Assembly (NCBI GenBank): GCA_014905635.1
Contig: JABVCE010000003.1
Location: forward strand, 434,001 to 498,000
Reading direction: 5' to 3'
DNA length: 64,000 nucleotides
Source of the DNA: Scenedesmus sp. PABB004
Lineage: Eukaryota
Each line of letters opens with the position of its first letter. The first letter of the stretch is position 1. Shown one piece after another: positions 34,740 through 45,012 of the stretch. The notes under the pieces are model-generated. The model had not been told where the DNA came from. It ran no database searches and saw only the letters and a list, made by a program, of their open reading frames with translations. The translations under genes and the position numbers were made by a program.

Positions 34740-36760
34740 TCACCACCAGTCGCCGCCCTTGGCGGCGGCGGCGCGCAGGTTGCTGGGCCGGCGCGCCGCG
34801 GGGCTGGCCGGGCAGGCGGCGCCGCCAGGCAGCTGCAGCCGCTGGCAGCTGCCAGCGGTCGATGGCGCCAGCGCCGCCGGCGGCGCTCAAAGCGAGCGGC
34901 GTGGACTTGATGAGCTGCCACACGTCCTGGCGGTTGATGGCCGCCAGCTGGTTGACCGTGCTGGGCGTGACACCGAGGCTGGGCAGGCCGCGCGCCGCGC
35001 CCGCCGCGCCTGCGCGCAGCCAGCGCGAGCGGGCAGCGAGCCGTCGGCAGCAGGGCGGGCGCGGCGCGCGCCGGCGGCGCCCCCCCCCCCCCCCGCCCTG
35101 GCGCGCCCGACCTTGCTTGAAGGAGTGCTGCAGCGCCAGGCTGCCGCGCGAGTGCAGCGGCGTCCTGCACGTGAGGGGCGGGCACACTGCCTGCGGGCTG
35201 GCGCTGGCGCCGGGGGTCGACCACGCGCCCGGGCCGCCCGATGGCGCCAGGTCCTGCAGCTCGGGCGGCAGCCACACCTCGCCGCGGTGCTGGCGCAGCC
35301 GCCACGCGACAAACGCCACGTCCTCCCGCAGCGCTCGCAGGTTGACCTGCACGCGCGGCGGCGGCCCTGGGCGGCGGCGCGGCGCTCGGCCGTGCGCGCG
35401 GCTGCAGGCGGTGGCGCGTGCCGCGCGCCGCTGCGCTCGCCTTGCCGCAGCTGCTGGCCCCGTCGGCCGACGTGGCGGCGGCGTAGCAGCCTGCCGCGCC
35501 GCACCCCGTCACCACGGGCGCGAAGCACTGCAGCTGCGCCTCCAGCCGGGCGCGGTGCCGCTGCAGCGCCGCCGCCCACGCGTCGAGCCAGGCGAGCGTG
35601 GCCGGCGCCGCCTGCAGGGCGCACGCAACGCGCGCCGCTCGAGGGCCTGCCGAGCCGCACGGCGAGCTGCCCCGCGCGCCCTCCGCGCCTGCCGCCCGCG
35701 CACCCGCTCGATCACGGCCTTGCACCCCACCACGTCCAGCTCCGCGCCCACATGCAGGTCCCAGTGGCTCAGCGGCTGCCCATCGCAGCCCCCGCCGCCG
35801 CAGCGCAGCGCGAGCCAGACCTCTTCGTCCGCACCGGGGCCCCTGCACGCGGCGGGGGCGCGGGCCGCAGTCGCGGCGGACCGCCGCCCGCTGCCGCACG
35901 CGCCAGGTCGGCCGGGCCCCCACGCCCGCGGCGCGCACGCACCGCACGCGCAACTCCTGGGCCGCGGTGTGGAAGTCGAGGCGCATGCGGCGCCGCTGCC
36001 CGCCCTCCTGCCGCCACGCCTCAAACTCGAGCACCGCAGGCAGCACCGCCGTGGGCGCCGCCGCAGCGCGCGCGGGGGGCGGGCTGCGCGTGCGGTAGTG
36101 GGCCGGCACGCTGTGCGGACTGGGCGGGCGCACGCGTGGCAAGCGCGGGTGTTCGGGGCCGGCCGGCGCTACGACCGAGCGCTGCCTCACCACGGCGCCG
36201 GCGGGCCGCGGCAGCCCCGCGGCGCGCGCGCTCACCGGCACTGCAGCGGAGCCGGTGGCGGCGGCGGCGACGGGCGGCGCCCGCCGCCGCCCGGCGCGCA
36301 CGAGGCGGGCCGGGGCCGCAGCAGCCGCGTGGAGGTGCAGCGGTCGGTGAAGGCTTTCCGCGTGATCCTCACGTGGGGCGTCGCGGCCAGCAGCGCGGCA
36401 GCGCGGAAGTCGGCGCCGCCGCTGACGGCGGCAGCGCCGCCGTCGCCGCTGTGCTCGGCCGCGAGGTCGAGCGGCTGCAGCGCGCGGGCGAAGCAGAGCT
36501 TGCGCTGCCTGCGGCCGCGGAGCGGCGGCGTGCCTGGCAAGCGGGGAGCGGCTGCGCGCAGCGGCGCCGGCGCCGGCGGCGCCGCGGCGGCGCCCAACGC
36601 GCCGCGCAGCAGCGGCGCCGCCCCGCCCCGGCCGGCGCGGCGCGCGCCCGGCCCGCCGGCCGCGCGGGGGCGCTCTGCCGCTTGGTGGCGCCCACCTGGA
36701 CGCGTCGGCCGGCCCGTCCGGGCCGGGTGGCAGGGGTTGGTCTGGGTCATGCTCGGCCAT
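34740..36760 (-). CDS. Hypothetical multi-exon protein with DM10-like segment
   Basis: Exon-like blocks FRAAALLAATPHVRITRKAFTDRCTST, VLEFEAWRQEGGQRRRMRLDFH, PLSHWDLHVGAELDVVG, TLAWLDAWAAALQRHRARLEAQLQCF, QVNLRALREDVAFVAWRL, NQLAAINRQDVWQLIK. Both ends are uncertain. Confidence 0.5.
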
Positions 36761-37261
36761 GACCGAGACCGCGCGCCCCGCAGGAGCGCGCGGCGGCGCG
36801 GGCGACGTCACCCCGCGCAGCCCGGGCCCGGGCGCTGTGCGTTACACGTCCCCGCAGCGCGCGCCGCGCGCCACGACCCCAGCTGCCCGCGCGCGGCGGT
36901 GCAGCAGCAGGGCCCGGCGCCGGCGGGGGCGGCGGATGGACGTGCGGCGCGGCTCGGGAGCTGCTCCAGGACGCGCAACGCCACATCGGCGGCACGCGCC
37001 GCCCCTGCAGCGGCCTGCGGGCGCAGGGACGCCTGCAATCGCGCCGGGTTTGGTTGGCCCTGGCGCCGCACAGCCGGCGCACCGCCGCCCGTCGCGGCCC
37101 GATCGGCGCTCGCGCGAGCTCAGCGGCCAGCCCTGGGAACCCCGCCGGCGCCGCCGCCGCGCGTGCAGATCAGGCCCGCGCGGCAGCGCCCGCCACGGGC
37201 GCTGCCGGACGGCCGGGCGCCGAGAGCGCGCCGCTGACCGGCGCCCGGGGCCCGCCAGCAT
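36409..37261. repeat. 853-bp direct repeat, copy 2
   Basis: Matches 33873-34725. Contains the upstream region and first coding part of the DM10-like gene. Confidence 0.95.
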
Positions 37262-37317
37262 GGTCGTCGTGATCCCGTGATCGCGGCAGGCCCGGCAGGC
37301 GGTCGGCGCGCCGGGGC

Positions 37318-39382
37318 ATGGCGCAGCAGCAGAGCCGAGAAGAAGGTCGCCAGGGCCGCCCCGACCGCCGGCAGAGCGTCGCAGCTGGCCCGGGGATGGG
37401 CGGCCCGGGCGCGGGACCGGCCCTGGGGGCCGCCGCGGGGCCGGCCGGCCCCGTGCGGCTCCACGATCTGGCGCCCGACGCCCTCTTCCACGTGCTGCTG
37501 CACCTGGCGCAGCCCGACGTCGCCGCGCTCAAGGTGGCCAGCGCGCGGCTGCGCGCCAACACCCTGGCGGCGTGCCAGCACTGGGCGCCCAAGGTGGAGG
37601 CGTGGCTGGCGGGCGAGCCCGCCGGCGCGGCGCTGCTGCGGCGGCTGCGGCAGCGCGATCCGGCGGCCGCGGCCGCGCCTGCGGCGGCGGCCGTGGCCGC
37701 CGCGCCCAGCGACGCGGACGAGCCTGCCATGTGCGGCGGCAGCGCTGCGGCGCCGCCGCAGCAGGCGCGCGAGGCCGGCGAGGCAAGCGCGGCGGCCGGC
37801 GAGGCCGGCGGCAGCGACCCGCCAGACGCGGCGGCCGACCGGCTGCCGGCGGCGGCGCCGCAACGGCGGGAAGCAGCGCGCAGCGCGGAGCAAGCGGGGG
37901 CGTGCAGGCCGGAGCGGGCCGCGCCGGCGCCTGGCGGCGCAGAGCCGCCGCCCGAGCAGCAGCTGGTCGCGGCGGCGCCCCACAAGCCGTGAGTGGCGCC
38001 GCGCACGCAGCGCCTGCCGTGGGCGCGCCCGCTGGCCGGGCGGCGCGCCGGGGACAGCGCTGCTGCCGTGGCTGCCGCTGCGCGCGCGCGCGGCGGCTGC
38101 CGGCGCGCGCGCTACGCCGCCCGCCCGCAGCCGCCGCCGCCCGCTCACCGCCGCCGCCCGCCCGCGCGCCGTCCGCGCGCGCCGCAGCCTGGACTGGCGG
38201 CAGGTGTGGACGTGCATCGAGCGCGCGCAGACGGGCCCCTGGCAGCTTGACGTGCGCGCGCTCGCGCCCGGCGCGGGCTGCCCGCACGGCGTGCTGCTGA
38301 CGTTTGAGCTGCTGCTGCAGCAGCCGGTGCCGCCCGGCGAGCCGGGCGGCGGCGAGGCGGGGCACACGGCCACCGTGGGCTGGCGCGACAGCGTGACGGT
38401 GCTGAGCTTTGTCCTCGACCGCAAGGCCGTCGACATCGTGGTGGACGCGAGCGGGCGCGTGACGTCGCCGCAGCGCGACTGGTGCCAGGGCGTCATCCAG
38501 CTGCACCCCGGCCAGCCGCGCCTGCTCGCGCTGGAGGTGAGCTACATCTTCCAGGTGCCCGCCTGGTTCCTGCACCCCTGCACGCTCGCCGCGCCGCGCC
38601 CCGGTGCCGACGGCGGCGGCTGCGGCGGCGCCGGCGGCGGCGGCTGCGGCGGCGGCACCGCCGGCGGCGGCGCCGGCAGCTGCGGCGGCGGCAGCTGCGC
38701 GAGCAGCGTGAGCGGCATGGCCCTGGACGGCAGCTGGGACGCGCACAGCTGCGCGAGCACGTCGGGGCTGAGCAGCATCAGCACCAGCGCCGCGCTCTGC
38801 TCCGCCGGCACCGCCAGCGACAGCGCCAGCCTCACCAGCAGCCTGACCAGCAGCGGCAGCCTCGCGACGATGGCCAGCAGCGCCGCCGGCTGCGGCGGCG
38901 GCGCCGGCTGCGGGTCGGGCTGCGGCGGCGGGCAGCCGCGGCTGTCGCTGGACCTGTCGGTCGGCTTTGGCTCGTACGTGATCGACCCCCGCTACATCGA
39001 TGAGGCGGGGCCGAGCCTGCAGGACCGCGGCCTCGAGCGCCTGGAGCTCACCAGCCGCGCGACCTGGCGCGCGAGCAAGGTGCAGAGCTGGCTCGGCCGC
39101 CTGCTGCCGGGCATCCGCGGCCACGCGAGCAGCCACGCCGGCGGCGGCCCGCCGCCCGGCGGCGCGCCCGGCGGCGGCGGCGCGCCGCCCGCCGGCGCCG
39201 CGCCGGGCGGGTGCGGGCACGGCGGCAAGCCCGGCGCGCGGCCGAGCTTTGCGGTGACGCTCAGCAAGGCGGCGGCGTGGCAGGTGCCGTCCGACACGGA
39301 CCGGCGCTTCGCCGAGGGCTTTATGTTTTGGGCCGTGCACCACAAGCTCGAGCAGCTGCTGCGCCAGCACGGCCTGCTGTGA
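37318..39382 (+). CDS. F-box-like protein with uncharacterised C-terminal region
   Basis: LHDLAPDALFHVLLHLAQPDVAALKVASARLR (F-box-like); one intron about 37989-38187; LDWRQVW...VLSFVLDRKAVDIVVDASG...FAEGFMFWAVHHKLEQLLRQHGLL*. Confidence 0.65.
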
Positions 39383-40411
39383 CGACGCCCGGGCGCGCGG
39401 CGCCGCCGACGCGGCGCGTCGTCGTCGGCGCGGCGGCGCGCGCGCCCTGGGCGCGGCCGAGCGGGGCCCGTCCTGCGAGGAGGCTGCTGCAGCGCCGAGC
39501 GGGGCGGTGCGGTGCGGGGCAGGGCGGGGGCGTGTGCGGGCCCTGCGGCCGCTGCGGCTGCAGCGCACGCCACGACCGCGTCGCGCTCGCAGCGGCAGCG
39601 CTCGCAGCGGCAGCGCCGCCGCGACCGCACACTCGGAGGGGCGAATGGTTTTAGGCGGCTGCCGCCGTCCTCGGTTGCCTGCGCCGCGCGGCGCGGCGTG
39701 GCGGGCCCGCACTGGCTGCTCGGGGTTTAGGGGGGGTGGGGGCAACGCACACCACCACCCACGCCCTTGTTCTTTGTCTTTCTTTTTTTCCCTCTCTCAC
39801 GGTCGGAACGGGCGGGCGCGCGTCTGCTGCGTGCCCGCCGCTGCGGGGGGTCGGGGGGGGGGGGGGTCAGCGCACGCAGCGCCGCTCCCGTGCCGCGCCC
39901 GGCGATGCGCGGCGGGTGGGCAAGGTTTGCACAAGCCAAGGGCGCGGCGGGGCTTTGGTGGTGGTGGCCGCCGCCACAAGCTCACGGCGCGCAAATCACA
40001 ACAACAAAGACGACTGCGCCAGCCACGCCGCGCGCGCGCGCTCGCCGCGCCGTCGCGCATGGGGTGGCGGCGCGCGTGCGGTGGCGGCGCGGGGCTGGTG
40101 ACACTGGTGGTTTCGGTCTCGGTCGGCAACTCGGCGCCCGCGGGTCGATCTCGCTCCGTCGGCTGCGACTCGGCGACCGCCGAACAGCCACACGCCGTCA
40201 GGACGGCGCCGCCGAACCGCCGCAGATGACCCCCCCCCCCCCCGATCGCGCTTGCCAGTCCCCTCTCTCTGATCGGTGTGCGGCTTGTCGACCCTCGCGG
40301 GCGCTCCGCTGTGGCAGGCCACCTCGCCATCAACCGATCAAACCAGCCCCTCCCGCCTTCTCCCGCCTCGCCCCTTCTCCGCCCGGCCCCGGGACCCCGC
40401 GGGCGGGCGCC

Positions 40412-43400
40412 ATGCTGCGCGCCGACGTCAGCGCGGCGCACATCCTGCCGCGCAGCGTCGCCGACGCGCTCGGCAGCAGCGAGGCGGCGGCGGGCTGCAG
40501 CGCCGACGGCGGCCACGCGTGGGCGCTGCACCGCCAGACGCTGCTGCTGTGGCGCGTGGCGGACGGCCTGCATGCGTCCGTGCGCCGCCTGCACCTCGCG
40601 GAGGCGCCGGAGGGGCGCGTGCTGGTCGAGGTGCTGGCGCAGTCGGGCTCGTCGGCGGTCACGGTCGTCGCGTGCACCGGCGGCGGGCAGCTCTCGGTCT
40701 GGCTGGACGCCAACTTCCCCGCGCCGCCGCTGACCCAGCGCCTGTTCGTAGCCGGCGGCGACGACGACGGCGGCGGCGACGAGGGCGGCGGTGGCGGCGG
40801 CGAGCGCGGCGGCGACGTCGTGACCGCGCTCGCCGCCGCGCCGGCCGGCGGCGGCGGCGGCGGCGGCGCGGGGCCCGGCTTTGTCGCCGCGCTGGCCACC
40901 AGCGACGGCGGCCTGCACCTGTACCACGGCAGCGCGGCGGGCGTCTTCCCGCGCACGTTCCACAAGCCCGGCGCCGGCGCGGGCCCGCGCGCGGGCGTGC
41001 TCGGCACGCTCGGCAGCGTCGTGCGCGCGCTGTACAGCGAGGCGTTCGACCCGCTGCACCGCGAGCAGCGCGCGGGGCCGAGCGCGCTGCCTGCGCGCCA
41101 GCTCGCGCTCGCGCCGCTCGGCGGCGGGCGCTGGCGGCTGCTCGCGCTCACGCCCGAGTCGCTCGACTGCTGGCTGCTCGGCGGCGGCGCCGGGCAGCAC
41201 GCGGGTGAGGCGCTCGCGTGGTCGTACAACCTGCACGGCGTCCTCGCCGGCGCGCTCGGCGCGCGCGAGCTCACCGTGCTCGCCTTTGCGGCGCGCGGCG
41301 CCCCCGCCGCCGGCGGCGGCGGCGCGCCGCAGCTCGAGATCGCGATCTGGAGCGCGCACCTCGGCGGCGCGAGCCTGAGCCAGCAGCACGCGGTGTCGCT
41401 GCTCGCGCTCGGCGAGGGCGGCAAGCTGCCGGCGCTCGCGGCGAGCGCGGCGCTGCCGGCGGCGAGCAGCGCGCTGCTGCCGCAGCCGCAGCCGGACGAC
41501 CGCCTGTCGCGGTGGTGCGTGCTGCCGCACAGCCGCTTCGCAAGCGCGCTGCTGCTGGCGCCCAACGGCGTGATCCTGGAGTGGCTGCCCGCAGCAGGTG
41601 GGCGGCCGCCCGCCGCGCTGCGCCGCGCGCGTGCGGCCGGCCCCGCAGCGCGGCTGCGCGCGACCGCCACGTGCTCACGCCACCGCCACCGCCGCCGCCG
41701 CGCAGGCGCACCGCACGTGCTGGGCGCGAGCGATGGCAACCTGGCAATCGGCGTCACGCCCGGCAGCAGCGGCGCGGCGGGCGCGTGGCTGCTACTGAAC
41801 GCGCACTACGGCGTCCTGGAGTTTGCGGCGGAGGACCCGGCTGCCGCGCACGCCCAGGCGGCGCCCGCCCCGGGAGGTGGGCGCGCGCTCGAGCCGGGGC
41901 CCCTCGCGCGCAGCCCGCGCGCCGCCGCCGCGTCGCCGCCGCCGCGTCACCGCCGCCGCGTCACCGCCGCCGCGCGGCCGTTGCCGCCGCAGGCGCGCTG
42001 ACGCCCGAGGCGGCGGCGGCGGCGAGCGAGCTGCTGGGCAAGACTGTGGCGTTGATGCACAAGGAGTTCAGCGCCGGCTGCGCGTACCGTGAGCTGGCAG
42101 AGGGCCTCGGCGAGCGCCTGCGCCGCCTCGGCGCGCTCGGCGGCGCGCAGGGCACGGAGCTGCTCGTCGCCGCCAGCAGCGGGCTGGTTGACACGGTCGC
42201 GAAAGCGGGTGCGCGCCGCGCGGGCTGCCGCGGCGCTGCACGCGCGCGCGGCCCGCGCCGGCCGCCGCCGACCCGCCGACCCGCCGACCCGCGCCAGGCT
42301 CCGCGGCGGCGTCGTCGGGCTCGCTGCGCGCGCTGCTGCAGGACAAGGCGGTGCGGCACGACCTGCTGCTCGCGGCGTACCAGGCCGGCGGCGTGATGGG
42401 CGAGCTGCCGGCGGGCGCCGTGCGCGCGGTGCTGGGGGACGCGGAGAAGCTCGCCGCCGTGGCGGCGGTGCTCGACTGGCAGCGCGCCAGCGAGGCGGCC
42501 GCGGGCGCGGGCGACGCGGCGAGCGGCGGTGCGGCCGCCGCCGCGCGCTGCCGCGGGGCGGCGGGGCTCATCAGGTGCACCCCGGGCTGCGGCGGCCGAC
42601 CGACGCCCCGCCGCGCCGGCTGCGCCCGCCGCGCCGCCGCCCGCCGCAGTGACGACCGCGCAGACCGCGGCCGCGGCGGCGGCGATCGAGGCGGCGGGCG
42701 TCATCGCGGCCGAGGGCGTGGACGGCGCGGCGGGCGCTGGCCGGCAGTGGGAGGTCTTCTTCAGCCGCCCCGCCGCCAGCATGCCTGCCCTCTTCTGCGC
42801 GGCAGCGGCCGAGGCGGCGGCCGTGCAGTGCGTGGCGGCGCGCCACTGGGTTGCGAGGCCGCGCCGTGCGGCCGCCCGACGGCGCGTGCACGCCCCCTGA
42901 CGCGCGCCGCGCCGCCGCCTCGGCTGCGCCGCCGCCGCAGAGCGCGCTCGGGCGCCGACGACCGCGGCGGCGCGGCGCACGCGCTTCAGCAGCTTCTGGG
43001 CCTCGCGGGCCTGCTGCAGGCGGGCGTGGGCGGCGCGCAGGCCAAGGCCGCGGAGCTGGCAGAGGCGATGCCGGCCGAGGCGCAGCGCGCGGGCGCGGCG
43101 GGACCGAGCTGGCTGTCGGGCGAGGGGCCGCGGCAGGCCTGGGGTGCCATCGCGGACGCCTGCCTGGCGCTGCATGCGCGCCTGCCGGAGCCGTCGCAGC
43201 GCCTCGCGCTCGCGCACGGCGCGCACCTGCCCGCGCTGCAGGCGCTGCTCGCGGGGCTGCGCGACACGCTGCGCCTGTCGGCGGCGCCGCCGGCGGGCGT
43301 GCAGGCCGCGTACGCGCGCGTGCCCGCGCAGCACGGCGCCTGCCTGCTGGCTGACGCGGAGGAGGAGCTCAGCGCCCTGAGGTGGGCGGCGGCGCGGTGT

Positions 43401-44899
43401 GGCGGCCCCCCGGCGGCTGGGCTGGGCCGGGCCGGGCGGCGAGGCGTGGCGCACGCGCGGCCAGCCGCCCCCCCCCCCCCCCTCCCCCTGCCGTGACCCC
43501 TGCTGGCACGGCCACGCAGGGTGTCGGGCGTGCTCGCGGCGGCGTGCGAGGCGGCGGCGGCGCTCGGCGGCGAGGGCGTCGCCGGCGGCGGCGAGAGCGT
43601 CGCCGCGGTGCAGCGCGCGCTCGTGTGGCGGCTCGAGTCCCTCGCGGCGGCGCACCGCTGCCACGCGCTGCTGTTTGACGCCTGCGAGCTCCTGCTCACC
43701 ACGGGCCTCGTCGACGGGCAGCGCCTGCAGGGCCACATGCGCGCCGAGATGTCCGCCGCGGGCGGCGGCGCGCTGCCGGCCGACTGCTTCACCTTTTTCG
43801 TGATGGAGCGCTGGCGCGCCGCGGGCCAGCTGGGGCCGCTGCTGCGGCTCGGCCGCGCCGGCTTTGCGGCGCCGCTGCGGCAGTACCTCGCCGCCCACTC
43901 GGCGCTGCTGTGGATGAGCGAGGTGCAGGCCGGCGACGCCGCCGCGGCGGCGGCCACGCTCGCGACCGCGGCGGCGGCCGAGCAGGTGCGGGCGCGCCCG
44001 GCGCTCGCGCCGCGCACGCGCGCCCCGCTGGGGGCGGCGAGAGCCGAGCCCGCGCGCCCGCGCCTGCACCCGCAGGGCTCGGTGGCCAAGGCGCGCCGCC
44101 TGCTGTGCCTGAGCAAGCTCGCGGCGCACGCGTCGTCGGGCGGGCCTGCCGACCCCGCGAGCGCGCGGCTGCAGGCCGCCGCGTCGGCGCGGCTGCGCGC
44201 GCTCGCGCTGCAGGAGGCGCTCGGCCTGGGCGGCAAGGGCCCGCTGTCCACCGCGCAGCTCGCGCTCGCGGCGCTCGCTGCGGCCGGCGCCGGCGGCGAG
44301 GGCGCCGCCGACGCGGCGGTCGCGGCAGTCGAGGCGCTCGCGCTGGCGCCGCAGGAGCAGGCCTCGGAGCAGTACAGGTGTGTGTGGGGGGGGGGGGCAG
44401 TGCCGCCCTCTTGCGGCGCGCCGCGCGTGCGGCGCCCGGGCGCCGCCCACCGCCCGGCGGGCCGCCGCAGGGAGCTCTGGGACCGCGCCTGGGCGGCGGT
44501 GCTGCAGGCGACGCCGCTGGACGCGCTCGCCGCGGCGCGCGGCGCGGCGCGGCGCGCGGGCGGCGACGCGGACGCGTACGAGGCCGCCGCGCGGGGCAGC
44601 CCGCTCTTTGCCGCCATCCTGCGCGCCGCGGCGGCGCTCGCGGACGCCGCGCAGGCGCAGGTGCGCGCGGCTTGCTGCCGTCTGTGGGCGCGCGCGCGCG
44701 CGTGTGGCGCTCGCCGGGCCCGCGACGACGACGGCGCACGGCGCCCGCCCCCGCCCCGCAGGGCGACGTCGCGCCGGCCGAGGTGCTCGACGGCGTCGGC
44801 CTCGGCCTGCTCGCGCGCTGCGGCGGCGCGGCCGCAGAGGCGGTGGAGGACGTGCTCGCGCAGGCCGCGGCCGCGGCGGCGCCGCTGCTTGAGGCGTGA
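40412..44899 (+). CDS. NUP133: Nucleoporin Nup133-like
   Basis: N-terminal propeller GGHAWALHRQTLLLW...GQLSVW; LQDKAVRHDLLL; C-terminal LRQYLAAHSALLWMSEVQAGD..AAATL...AKARRLLCLSKLA and ELWDRAW, resembling Nup133 motifs. Confidence 0.72.
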
Positions 44900-45012
44900 G
44901 CGCGCGCGGTGAACCGCCGTAACGCTGTCGCCGAGGCCGCGCAGCCGTCCAGTCTTGGCAGCGCCTCTGATCGGCAGCAAACCACCGCGCCTCTCCATCA
45001 GCCGCGGCCGCA

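Noticed and set aside
33873..37261. Autonomous LTR retrotransposon
   Set aside because: No gag, RT or integrase; no matching target-site duplication; no TG...CA ends; the interior is an intron-containing gene.
3474..39382. Ubiquitin/NEDD8 gene cluster (UBC2, UBA3, two F-box genes)
   Set aside because: The genes are interspersed with unrelated ones and these families are abundant; no evidence beyond chance without synteny data.
39722..39735. TTTAGGG telomere-like motif
   Set aside because: Single copy; chance occurrence is plausible.
40090..40175. tRNA-like segment (GGGTCGATCTC)
   Set aside because: No canonical T-loop and no cloverleaf could be built.
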